Shown here one piece after another: positions 24,581-36,697 of a stretch of DNA of 50,646 nt. The notes under the pieces were generated by a model. The model was not told where the DNA came from. It was given only the letters and a program-made list of their open reading frames with translations, and searched no databases. The first letter of the stretch is position 1. Every line of letters begins with the position of its first letter. Position numbers and translations under genes: made by a program. This DNA is from Octopus bimaculoides (lineage: Eukaryota): the NCBI RefSeq assembly GCF_001194135.2, contig NC_068984.1:139862038-139912683 (forward strand), given 5' to 3'.

Positions 24581-25139
24581 GGATCTTTTTTAAAACGGGG
24601 GCCACATTTTTCATTAATGGTTTACGTAGTGTTTTTGGTACCGAAAGACTTTCAAACTTCGTATACTTATCTATTTTGTGTTATAGAACAGAAAAATATT
24701 TTTGTATTCGAATTTATTTCATGTAAAAAATTGTCTTATTTCGATAATTTCAACCAATCACTGACAAGTATTCAGTTGTTTATATTTACTCCTTTGGCTG
24801 ATTAAGCGGTGTAAAGCGTATTTAATTTCCATAACTTCGTTTTGCTTTTTTCTTTTTAAATTTGCTGTTTTACCCTAACCCTAACCCTATCACCGATAGA
24901 ATTGTTTCAGAATCGTTTGTTTATATAGTCGGCACTTAATGTATATCGGCTGAATGGACGTCAGTGATTGGTTGAAATTACAGAAATACGACAACTTTAA
25001 CATGGAATAACTTAGGGATTTCTTTTTTTTTTAAGAAGACTAAGAGAAAAAGATGTTTTATATGACACATTTTACCAGTGTTCCAAGTTTCAAAGTGTTT
25101 CGTTAATGAAAAATGTGGCCCCCGTTTTAAAAAAGATCC
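24581..25139. mobile_element. Fold-back MITE with perfect 37-bp TIRs, internal 20-bp inverted repeat and central (CCCTAA)n
   Basis: TIRs at 24581-24617 and 25103-25139 are exact reverse complements; inner IR at 24746-24765/24960-24979; ACCCTAACCCTAACCCT at 24872-24888; flanking direct repeat GGTTTTT at 24574-24580/25140-25146. Confidence 0.9.
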
Positions 25140-26024
25140 GGTTTTTTTATATTTTTCCCTCTTCGCTTCGTAAGAAATCTTTTGTCTTCATTGGTTTGCT
25201 ATCTTACGTATGTAACTAAACACTGCATGCCATCGTGTTATCCCTTACAAACATTATACTAAGCAGTTCTCGCAAGCATAGTCACAAGATCCTACATTTT
25301 GTCGCAGAATGTAAGCGATTTCATTGTTATTGACTTTGACTACATAGTAATCAATAAAGGCAGCTTCTCAAAAGGCCCAATCCGTATTATTCATTCAGAT
25401 TATATGGATGAATAATATTAAGCAACAACAAAACATGTACCGTAGAATTTTAATATACAGCGTACAACATGATAGTAAGGTATTTCATTCTTTTATGCCC
25501 ATTAGTCTCTCGACAATAGATAAAGAAAATGTCTGCATCTTTTGAAAGATTGTTTGGCTATTATGAAGTTAAGTTGAAAATCTTATTTACATAATTTCTG
25601 TTTGCAATATCAAGTGATTTATATTTGAAGAAGTTTTGATCGTGTGGAAATACTGGAATGATATGAATCCATTTGATTAAACTGCTGCAATTCGTGTATG
25701 TTTCATTATAATGCGAAACACTTGTGAGAATTATATAAACCTTTCATTACACGCCGAGTGACAAATATAAAAGTTGTCTTCAGCAATTCCTAGTTCATGT
25801 TGCAAGGTAAAATGAATTACTATAACGCATCCGATTATGATCATATAAAGCTAACTTTTACAGCGCTTCTTTTATTAAAAGCAAAGAGAATGAGTTCATA
25901 CTGAGACTGGGTGGACAGCATTTTCATCATTTCTAGACCGATAATCATGCTTCAGTATGAATAAGATGAAACAAAAAACAATAGTGATGTTTTCCTTGTC
26001 CCAAGTCTTGAACGAAATGCAAAT

Positions 26025-26508
26025 TAGTAATTCCACTTCTCTGAATCCACTCGATTTGTTATGTATATAAGCTGATTAGCTACTTGTTTCTCCGGTATTG
26101 GTCAAGGAGACACCTCCGATGAAAACCCAATTAGGTTCGAAAATTGATTTAGGCTGCTCAGTCTTTCTTTTGAATCTACGGTGAAATAATCAAATTTGCC
26201 AAGTTTGTATGTCTCGTACGTAGACGTACATATATTGCATCATAATTCGATACTCTGTGTCTACTGAACTGCTTGCTGATATAAAATAAATTAAACACTT
26301 TTCGGTATGGAAATTAGTTGCCCAAGTTCTGTGAGATTACTGGATTTGTTGAGTATATAAACATATTAGTCACTTGTTTCTCTGGGATTGGTCAAGTAAT
26401 ATAGAGTAATATACAAGGATGCAATTAAGTTCCAAAATCGATTAACGCAGTTCATAATTTGTTTTTTAATCTTCGGAGAATTAGTGAAATTTGCCAAGTT
26501 TGTCTGCC
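26025..26508. repeat. Diverged tandem duplication, ~290-bp period
   Basis: ACTTGTTTCTC at 26082 and 26372; AAATTTGCCAAGTTTGT at 26192 and 26487; intervening sequence alignable. Confidence 0.75.
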
Positions 26509-27221
26509 AACGAGGAAGGACTGCATATATGGTAGGTGAAACATCCGTTGAAACTGTTTTACATGAGACTACGGTAAACGATGCCGTGGTGTGTAGGAGA
26601 ACTTACACATCACTGACTTGAAATATCCACATCGTCTCAGCAAATAAGTGTCCCGATTTCGAGTTCCACAGATAGCTACAATGGAATAGGGGTTGCGAGG
26701 GAGTGTGCTTTTTATTTATTTATTCATTTATTTATTTTCGGTGGAGCGTGCAGTATTGGAATCGATATTGTCTAGACAAAAATAACTATATCTCAACACC
26801 ATAGTGAATTACGATACGTACACATTCATAAATACATTGTATCAAGAGAAACTATCTCATTTTTGTACTCCGTTCAACCTATATTTCTCTTGAGCATCTC
26901 CACTTTTAATGGGTGTGAGTAATACTAATGTTAGTCTTCTACGATTCTACTTGTATATTTGATTGGTTGTCAGCAAAGCAGATTTAGTTTTGTTCGTCAA
27001 CCACTTCTGTATTATACAGAGAACCATAATGACGTTTAAGAATATATTTTTATTTCTAAGCCAGTTTTTCTTGCACTCAGAATACATTTTTATCACTTGT
27101 ATAGCTTTATTTCTATATTCATTATTGTATTAGCCTTCAGTTACATTAGTAATAAATACAAATATATATAGTCGTTCAATGGTAGTTTTTGTGTTTATCT
27201 TGTTTTAAGATAATTCTCATG

Positions 27222-27256
<35 letters not shown>

Positions 27257-27570
27257 NNNNNNNNNNNNNNNNNNNNNNNNNNNNNNNNNNNNNNNNNNNN
27301 NNNNNNNNNNNNNNNNNNNNNNNNNNNNNNNNNNNNNNNNNNNNNNNNNNNNNNNNNNNNNNNNNNNNNNNNNNNNNNNNNNNNNNNNNNNNNNNNNNNN
27401 NNNNNNNNNNNNNNNNNNNNNNNNNNNNNNNNNNNNNNNNNNNNNNNNNNNNNNNNNNNNNNNNNNNNNNNNNNNNNNNNNNNNNNNNNNNNNNNNNNNN
27501 NNNNNNNNNNNNNNNNNNNNNNNNNNNNNNNNNNNNNNNNNNNNNNNNNNNNNNNNNNNNNNNNNNNNNN

Positions 27571-27609
<39 letters not shown>

Positions 27610-27703
27610 CATATATATATATACCTGTAGCTGCATATTCACTCACGTAACCATTCTTTGGTAACTTTACTTATGATTTATTACTTCCATATATTTTATC
27701 TGT

Positions 27704-28079
27704 GGAGGCGCAATGGTCCAGTGGTTAAGGCAGCAGACCCGCGGTCACCGGATCGCGGTTCCAATTCCCAGACGGGGTGTTGTGAGTGTTTATTGAGCAA
27801 AAACATCTAAACCTCCACGAGGTTCCGGTAGAGGGTGGTGGCGAACCCTGCTGTATTCTTTCACCAAAATATTATCTCTTTCTTCTTGTTTCTGTTGTAC
27901 CTGAATTTCAAAGGGCCAGCCTTGTCACACTCTGTGTCACGCTGAACCTCCCCCGAGAACTACGTTAAGGGTACATGCGTTTGTAGAGTGCTCAGCCGCT
28001 TAGAAGTTAATTTCACGAGCAAGCTGTTCCGTTGATCGGATCAACTGGAACCCTCGTGTCGTAACCGACGGAGTGCCAC
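27704..28079 (+). mobile_element. SINE family C, full length
   Basis: tRNA-like head GGAGGCGCAATGGTCCAGTGGTTAAGGCAGC...GGTTCCAATTCCC; body and tail ending GTAACCGACGGAGTGCCAC; homologous to 40932-41280. Confidence 0.88.
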
Positions 28080-28269
28080 GGTTTTCTCTGTATAAAGGTA
28101 TACACATACATACATAGTGACACCCATACACACAGGCACATACATATATAAATATTTACACATTGGTACTTATGCGATTTCTGCTCATAGCTCTACACCT
28201 TCATTATATGCAATATTTTTATATACAAAGCCCAGATGTAATAATAGTTATGCGTTTGTATGTCCATTT

Positions 28270-28447
28270 CTACTACAGGCACAAGGCCTCAAATTTTGGT
28301 AACGGAGACTAGTCGATTACATTGATCCCATTACTTGTGTGGTACATACTTTACCGACCCCCAAAGGATAAATGATGAAGGTGACCTCGGCAGAATTTGA
28401 ACGCAAAACGGAAAGCGGAGGAAATGCCGCGAAACGTATTGTTCCGG
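28270..28447 (-). mobile_element. Family A SINE, diverged
   Basis: Tail, core and B-box recognisable. Confidence 0.75.
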
Positions 28448-29491
28448 TAACTAACTATATATCGTATATGAAATAATATACGTGACTCTTCTCACGTATA
28501 TAATAATAATAGTTTGATTCGTCTCTATGTAACTTAGATTCGAAGATATCGCAAATTCCTATTAAATGATATATAAATATATGCCTCTGTATGCGTGTGC
28601 ATGTGTGTGTGTGTGTGCACGTATGTAATGAATCAATCACTCATCACTCCGTTTGAATCAGCCTTGATAAAAACCTTGATCGAAAACCATGTCTACGTGG
28701 TCCGAAACGCACAAAACATGAAACAAGTCGAATTATTCCACTATAATTCGTGGTCAATCGCCATGTAATAATGGTTGGAATATTCAAAATTATTAAGTCG
28801 GAGGAATTTCAAAGAATTTGTTTAGAATCTTAGTATTTTGCAGAGTTATAATTCCCGGCCAGTCATAATTTGCATCTCTTTTATTCATGGCATTATTGCA
28901 GTTTAAAAAAAAAGAAAAAGCTCCAGGTACTAAGAATGGCGATTCTATAATTTCACTTCCAGACGTATCGATTTTGGCTGGTTAAATTAACTCCATAGCT
29001 TGATAAATAGTGCGTGTGCGTGTGCGTGTGCGTGTGTCTGTGTGTGTGTGTGTATATATATATATANNNNNNNNNNNNNNNNNNNNNNNNNNNNNNNNNN
29101 NNNNNNNNNNNNNNNNNNNNNNNNNNNNNNNNNNNNNNNNNNNNNNNNNNNNNNNNNNNNNNNNNNNNNNNNNNNNNNNNNNNNNNNNNNNNNNNNNNNN
29201 NNNNNNNNNNNNNNNNNNNNNNNNNNNNNNNNNNNNNNNNNNNNNNNNNNNNNNNNNNNNNNNNNNNNNNNNNNNNNNNNNNNNNNNNNNNNNNNNNNNN
29301 NNNNNNNNNNNNNNNNNNNNNNNNNNNNNNNNNNNNNNNNNNNNNNNNNNNNNNNNNNNNNNNNNNNNNNNNNNNNNNNNNNNNNNNNNNNNNNTGTGTG
29401 TGTATGTGTGTGTGGATGGTTTTCCACAAAAAAATGAACGACTAATCTTGGGATTTAACATATTGACGCAAATGCTCAAGGTGTTAAGCAA

Positions 29492-29492
<1 letters not shown>

Positions 29493-29562
<70 letters not shown>

Positions 29563-29597
29563 CAACAGCAACAATAATAATAATAATAATAATAATA

Positions 29598-29630
<33 letters not shown>
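29493..29630. repeat. (AAT)n-(AAC)n-(AAT)n-(ATT)n compound microsatellite with polarity switch
   Basis: Switches from AAT to ATT at ~29598. Confidence 0.95.
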
Positions 29631-30315
29631 ACGCAGAAAGTTCCGTATATGTATAGACATTTAAACACATTTCTGCTAAAAATATAGAGACTGTAGATTA
29701 GAAAATTACCCCGAGCACACTGCGCATAGTTTGTTGGCGACAGTTCATAGCAAGTACGAAAATGGCTGTAATTCTAATCAGTATAACATTACATAGAACA
29801 CATCATCATAATAGCCACACACATTCACAACCAAAAGCATAAATTCATTGAAAGATACATACATAATTACATATCTGCGTACGTACATGTACATATATAT
29901 ACTATCATTTTCTGATTTTATTACAGGCTTAAGACACTAAACACGCCCATGCTAGTATGTTGTCTTGAACTTTTTTTTTTGTTTTCACATCGTTTTTGAA
30001 TATTTATAACTGGAACCTGATCAATAACTTACTTTGTAGAAGCTGATAATTTCTGTACTAAAACTTTTATAGCTGGTTGTTCCGGTTTCGTTGTAGGGAG
30101 TTTGTTAAACTTTTACTTGACCACTACACTAAAGACCCATTTTATATTTTTGAATTCTTCAGGTAAGCTATTGAAGACTTTGAGAACCTATAAATATCGC
30201 ATTGCTGCAATAGAGTATCCATTGCCATATGACGTCATAGCTAACCCATCGCCTGCAATTCTAACATCTGAGCAAGTATGAACAAACACATCATTTTCTC
30301 TCTCTTTCTCTCTCT

Positions 30316-30360
<45 letters not shown>

Positions 30361-32009
30361 ATCTCTCTTCCTTTCGTTCTTTCTTTCTCACTTTCCTACT
30401 CTCTCCATTTGTCAAATTACTCTCTTTGTTTCGGACGTTACATATCATTTGAATGTTTGCCTTTGAAAATTTCACCAAATGAAATGTGACCTATGATATT
30501 TAATCTTCCTTTTACAGAAACCTGGTAATTAAGTTGCCCATTTACGGAATACATCATTACTTCATATCTTCTAGTGAATGTAAGCTTTATAATGTATCCT
30601 ATTCATACCTTTTCCGTCATAACTCTCCCTGGCGATATTTAAACAAATCCCCTCAATGATCGATACTTCCCTTACTTGGCTTCTATATGTTAATCACCTT
30701 CCTAATGTACACACAAGGTAAACTAGTTTATCAATAGCCTTAATCCACCTAGACCCTGTACTGCGATGTACACCGCCAGCATTTACCCTTTGCGTATCCA
30801 AAGCATTTCCATATTTTTGCTCTAAATAACCACGCTTCTTTTAAAATTTTTAATTAGAACTTTTTTCATACATTCTGATTAACAAGAAGCTTCCCCTTTC
30901 ATAAGTAAAAAATTCCACTGGCGATTGAAAAACTTAGGAATACGTATCGTATATGATGCATGGACTCCAGGGAAATATGCTTTGTTTATCACATGGATGT
31001 GCTTATGAAAAATGCTTTGGACAGTCAAAGGGTCAAGAACGAAAACATTAAGTCGTATGATTATGCAAAAATCAATTTTCTACAGCGTAAACTGTTAGCA
31101 AACGACTACATTTCCTGATTGTTGACAGATAGCCTGAATGAACGGTCAAAAAGTTCAAATCTAGTGGTAAAGGTATTTTTATTAAAGTATCACTTATACT
31201 GCCCTAGCGTTCGTTTAAATTGCAGTAAATAAAGTCATTTCACTAAATCAGTCACTTCAACGGAAAGAGAACGCACCGAAGGTCTACAAAATGAAGTTGC
31301 TAACTCTACTTTACATCAACATTCACTTTATCTGAAAGATAAGTCTATGAAGCTCTCGATAATGGCAGTATCTAAGGCTACTTCACGTCAAATATCACTT
31401 CATCTAGAAGATAATAGGACTGAAGCCTAGAAAGTTCGATAGATTTATAACTTAACTTTTCCAAAATCTAATGGTCCTGTACTAAATGTTGATAAATCCG
31501 TAATGTTTAAGCATAAAACTAATACACGGCTGAGAATTCATTCAACCATGAATACATTTATACACGTGCACACAATTAAACACAAGCTTACATCCTAACA
31601 CCAACGCATTCATGTCTCTGTGTGTGTGTACATGTATGTGCCTGCATTATATATGTGTTTATCATATGTACATATGCATTTATTTATATGTATTTTATAC
31701 ACATACATACGTGTGTGTATGTGTGTGCATTGGTTTAGAAATAATATACACATTATATATACTTGCACGTATAGCCATCTAAATATAATGTATATACACA
31801 ATTAATAGGCTAGTTGCTGTGGTATTCGTCATGAGATAACATCGTCTTTGAATATTCTGAGTTAAAAACAAAATAAATGTCGATGTGAGACGAACATTTG
31901 TAGCAATCGCTTATGAATTATATGTATGCATAAAGTACGATAGCCAGATAGCTATTTTGAAAATATACTACTAAGTCAATGGGGTTTTCCAGATGTATTT
32001 GTGTGCGCG

Positions 32010-32130
<121 letters not shown>

Positions 32131-32139
32131 GTATGCTCG

Positions 32140-32688
32140 AGTGTGACTTGGCTATGTGGTAAGAAGGTTGCTTCCTAACCACATGGTTCCAAGCAAGTTC
32201 AGCCTCACCGCAGCAACTTCTACTGGAGCCTTGGGCCGACCAAAGCCTTGTGACTGGATTTGAAAGACGGAAACTGTGTGTTAAGAAGCTTGCTTCCGAG
32301 CCACATGGTTCTGGGTCCAGGTCCACTGCGTCACACCTTGGGCGAGTGTCTTCTACTATAGCCTTGGGCCGACCGAAGCATTGTGAGTGGATTTGGTAGA
32401 CGGAAACTGAAAGAAGCCCGTCGTATATGTATATGTGTGTGTGTGTGTGTATTTGTGTATATATATATATGTGTGTGTGCGTATTTGTGTATATGTGCCT
32501 GTACCCCCCACCATCACTTGACAACCGATGTTAGTGTGCTTACAGCCACGTAATCCAGCGGTTCAGCAAAAGACACCGATAGAATAAGTACTAGGTTTAC
32601 AAAGAATAAGTTCTTGGTTCGATTTGTTCGACTAAAGGCGGTGCTCCAGCATCGCCGCAGTTAAATGACTGAAACAAGTAAAAGAGTA
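32140..32688 (+). mobile_element. Family B SINE with duplicated 5' half (32140-32276 + 32274-32688)
   Basis: Two successive head/core segments joined at CTG, then one internal microsatellite and one tail. Confidence 0.87.
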
Positions 32689-32779
32689 CAAAAAATATAT
32701 ATTCGTTTTATGTTTGGAGGTATGAATGGATGTGCATAAGTGTGCATCTATGTATGTATGTATTATGTATTATGTATGT

Positions 32780-33005
32780 GTGTGTGCTTGTATTTGTGGT
32801 TGTGCTTGTCTTCTGCCACCGCTTTTACAATAATTTTTGGTGCGTTTAACTCCCCGTAACCTAGCGGTTCATCAAAAGAGACCGATAGAACAGGAAGCAG
32901 GCTTATACAAAAATACGTACTCGGTTCGATTCCTTTGACGAAAAACTCTCCATGGCGGTGCCCCAACATAGCCGCGGTCTAATGACTGAAGCAAGTAAAA
33001 CATGA
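32780..33005 (+). mobile_element. Family B SINE 3' half
   Basis: CCCCGTAACCTAGCGGTTC...GACCGATAG...GGCGGTGCCCCAACATAGCCGCGG...GACTGAAGCAAGTAAAA. Confidence 0.8.
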
Positions 33006-33094
33006 AAAGACAATTGTTTTATAAAATTTGATTGTCAATGTCAAAGAAATATGAAATAACCACTATGCACATAGGTGTTGTTGGTGTTGTTGCT

Positions 33095-33780
33095 TTGGCG
33101 ACGAACTGGGGGGTCAGCCTTAGGAATGAGTAAGTGTCTCCGCTGTGCTGCATCTATAATAGAGTGGATGAAACATTGCCCATATCACAAACGAATGCCC
33201 TAGACTTGCCCCAAACCACTACATGTTGTGGTGACACGATCAGGTAGCGAAAGTGCTACATCGGAAACTGCAAAAAGTGAGAGCTAGAGAGAGGCAAGAT
33301 GAGATGTGAACACATAGCAAAATCCTCTGGAATTTCCCACTCCAAACAGATCAGGTGCTGGAGGATAACAAACCGGACCTGGTGACAAGGTACAACACAT
33401 ATCATATATAGTTGATGGTGCATGCCCCTTTGGCCCACAATAGTCAAGAAAGAAGGGGAAAGGATAGATAAATACAACCCTCTTAAGTACGAAAAAGCCC
33501 TGCTATGGAAAATGAAGAAGGTGAAGATAGTGCCAATTATTGTTGGGTCTTTGAGGACAGTATCAGAAGGCATCTTGAGAAATATTAAAGAAATTGGAAT
33601 AGAGTGCCCAGTAGAACTGTTACAAAAGGTTTGCCTCCTTGGCACGGCCAGAATAATCAGGAAAGTATTAGACAGCTGAAAAGAATAGATAACGTGGTAC
33701 GTAAGGTGGCAGGTAGCAAGTCCGCTATGCATGTATGACTCCAGGAGCTCCAACAAAATCTGCGATGAAGAGAAATAATA
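33095..33780 (+). mobile_element. R4/Dong-type LINE 3' end (CCHC knuckle, RLE domain, 3' UTR), pseudogenised
   Basis: With frameshifts: KCLRC..ET-AHITNECPRLAPNHY..*HDQVAKVLHRKL; KILWNFPLQTDQVLEDNKPDLV; KKEGERIDKY..VKIVPIIVGSLRTVS..ELLQKVCLLGTARIIRKVLDS*. A ~100-bp UTR follows, then the (AAT)n tail. Confidence 0.9.
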
Positions 33781-33798
33781 ATAATAACAACAATGATG

Positions 33799-33861
<63 letters not shown>
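33775..33861. repeat. (AAT)n tail/target of the R4/Dong element
   Basis: Immediately follows the LINE 3' UTR. Confidence 0.9.
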
Positions 33862-33862
<1 letters not shown>

Positions 33863-34043
33863 GGCCTGAAATTTGAGGGTGGGGTAAGTCGATTTTACCG
33901 ACCCCCGGTACTCAAGTGGTACTTAATTTATCGACCCCGAAATGATGAAAGTCAAGTCGACCTCGGTGGGATTTGAACTCAGAAATTAGCAACAGACGAA
34001 GTGCCGTTAAGCATTTCGCTCGGTGCACTAAAAATTCTGCCGA
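33862..34043 (-). mobile_element. Family A SINE
   Basis: Core and B-box recognisable; abuts (AAT)n. Confidence 0.8.
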
Positions 34044-34814
34044 GGAAGATTCCTTTCCTCTTCGCAATCACATCAAGAAGGACAATTCACAATTGTTGGG
34101 GCTGGACACCTCAATCAAATGACGAGATATTGTCCCTCTCATCTATCAAATCAAACCGTAATTTTTGTTTGAATGAATAACATGAAGAATCGTTGATACG
34201 TAACTTCCTTTTCTTGCGTTCATGGAGAATACAAAATATAAAACTCCACCTTAGACTATGTCTTTTCTAGATTACAAAACTTCTGCCAAACATCTTTCTG
34301 AGCCAGCCGAGATATGAGCGAACTCAATTTCTTGTTAGCAACATTGATCATTGGGAAACTTCTATTTTTTCTTTGCGCTCTCCATTTGGCAAGCAGTGTA
34401 TATGTGATATATCTTTTTTTGTTTTTATTCATTACAGGAAACGTAATACGTAATATAATTGCTTTCCGTAAAAAAAAAACATTATTTTCTGTCCTTGTCA
34501 ATTATTTACGTTCTGTTTCGCAATTAACTTCGTTTTCATTTTCTTTTGTTATTGACAGTAAATAATATGTTTCTGTTTGTTCTTGCTTTGAGAATTGTGT
34601 GTTTATAATAATACGATTACTACTGTTGCCACCACTTCTACTCGTTTCTGTATTAGAGTAAGCCATCTTGTTATTCTAGTAACAATGCTTACTAAGAAAA
34701 CCATCATTCTTAAGTAAAACGGCGTTCCAAAATTTTCCCTCTCCAAGATATTCCAGAAAGCTCTTGACGTTCCAGTTCATGCTGAAAATAAGCTTAGTAT
34801 ATATATATATATAT

Positions 34815-34950
34815 GGGAGAATATACAAAAAATAACAACAGACGNNNNNNNNNNTATATATATATATATATATATACACACGGACAGGTGTTGCAAAGAG
34901 TGATCGGTAGAACGGAAATGGCATGACACCGGGGTGTCATTGCCAAAGCG
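34815..34950. repeat. Second copy of motif X plus a terminal hairpin
   Basis: 25-bp identity to 683-707; hairpin TGGCATGACACC-GG-GGTGTCATTGCCA at 34919-34945. Confidence 0.6.
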
Positions 34951-34977
34951 ATATATATATATACACATATATACTCG

Positions 34978-35230
34978 GGTGAAGGCGCGTGGCCTAGTGG
35001 TTAGGGTCTCGCACTCACGATCGCTAGACCGAGCGTCGCGTTGTGTTCTTGAGCAAAACACTTCATTTCACGTTGCTCAAGTCCCCCTTTCGATCAGGGG
35101 TTGGGTACGTTGGCCTGCTCACCTATTCAGCGCGCTGGCGTCATTTAATGGCTGAAACGATGCAAAACGCATAGTACCAGCGATGTATAACAATGTCAGG
35201 ATAGTCTGGTCGGTCACGTGACCACGTGAT
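34978..35230 (+). mobile_element. SINE family D (head GGTGAAGGCGCGTGGCCTAGTGGTTAGGG)
   Basis: A-box-like head, TTGTGTTCTTGAGCAAAACACTTCATTTCACGTTGCTC centre, distinct tail ending GGTCACGTGACCACGTGAT. Confidence 0.75.
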
Positions 35231-35240
35231 ATATGTATGC

Positions 35241-35279
<39 letters not shown>

Positions 35280-35303
35280 TGTGTGTGTGTGAGTGTGTGT
35301 ATA

Positions 35304-35390
<87 letters not shown>

Positions 35391-35414
35391 TCGTAATATA
35401 TTAGTGAATTGCTT

Positions 35415-35626
35415 AAGGCGGTGAGCTGATATAATAGTTGGCACGGTGGAAATAATGCGTAGCGGCATTTCGTGCGTCTTCACCTCCTGAGTTCGAATTT
35501 CGCTGAAGTTGACTTTGCTTTAATTCTTTCACGGTCGATGAAATATGTAGCATTGATCACTGGAATCGATATAATCGATTTGCCTCTTTCTCCGAAATGA
35601 CTAGCTTTGTGCTAAAATTTGACGCC
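35415..35626 (+). mobile_element. Family A SINE, diverged
   Basis: AAGGCGGTGAGCTG head, GAGTTCGAATTTC B-box, older tail. Confidence 0.75.
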
Positions 35627-35875
35627 AATATATTAATGAAGCGTTTCAAAAAATGTGCAAATCCACAGACCTGGAAGAAAGCGATAGTAAATCAAATCGA
35701 CTCAAGTACTTCACTAATACAGCACTTTATTGGCCTCTTTGGATAAATGGCACAGTTCACCCTGGTGGGACATGAACACCGAAAGTGAAGTAATGCAACT
35801 GAACCCCGCTTGGTATTTTGTTCGACGCTATAATGTTAGTCCATGATCCTTTCGCTAAATAGCTTTTTCGAACTT

Positions 35876-36077
35876 TTAGCACGAGGCTAGTAATTTCAGG
35901 GGGGAGGGGAAAAGTCGATTACATTGATCCCCAGTACGTTACTGGTAATTTATTTCATCATTCCCGAAGAAAGAACGGCAAATTTGACGTCGTCGCCATT
36001 TGAACTCCGAGTATAAGCGCCAGAAGAAATGGCGCTACGCATTTTGTCCCACGCATTAACATGTCTATCAGCTCGTC
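35876..36077 (-). mobile_element. Family A SINE, diverged
   Basis: Tail, core and B-box recognisable on the minus strand. Confidence 0.7.
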
Positions 36078-36532
36078 GTTTTCGTTTAGCTAAATAATAA
36101 CAAACACTACAACAAAAATATACTAAAGATTCATTCCATAATTGACTATAAAATATCAGCTGATTTGAGAAAAAAATGGTTAATTAGATTTTATTTGTTA
36201 TTACTGACGTTAGCAGTGTTAATCGGGGCGTGTTAACACTGATGTTTATTCGCAAGTTTATGATTGATACTGACAGGGTTAATGTGTTTATAATGATTAT
36301 TTAGATTATAAACGCAGTACTGCGAGATAACGATGGTCTTAAGAAGAACTGGTAGAAGCTGTGCGCGTATTGGTAATAACTGCATTGTACACCATAACAC
36401 GTATAATAATGCTATTGTAGCTAATTTTTGTTGGCTGTGATTCGAGTAACTTCGGCTTCGTTTACTTGTAAATGTATAATCATGCACATACATAGTCTCC
36501 GTGCATTTGGCATAGTACAAGTAACCTACTTA

Positions 36533-36697
36533 CTGTCTTTAATCTTTTGCCTGTTTCAGTCATTGGAATGCAACTATGCTGAAGCGTTATCTTGAATGGT
36601 TTTAGTCGAACAAATCGCCCCTAGTAATTATTATTTGAAAGTCTAATACTTATTGTATTGCTCTCTAGTATCGGGGCCAAACTGCAAACAAACCAAC
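36533..36697 (-). mobile_element. Family B SINE 3' part, diverged
   Basis: TGTTTCAGTCATT...TTAGTCGAACAAATCGCCCC...TACTTATT is the reverse complement of the B tail. Confidence 0.7.

Noticed and set aside
27704-27780. tRNA-like heads of SINE families A-D as tRNA genes
   Set aside because: They continue into SINE bodies and lack a complete cloverleaf; they are SINE heads.
28670-28715. Hammerhead-like CTTGATCGA...ACCATG/CGTGGT...CGAAAC
   Set aside because: The core is not CUGANGA and no NUH or helix I follows.
30560-30830. Possible degenerate RTE RT segment (IDKLVYLVCTLGR), minus strand
   Set aside because: Similarity to FxYLGS is too weak to support by eye.
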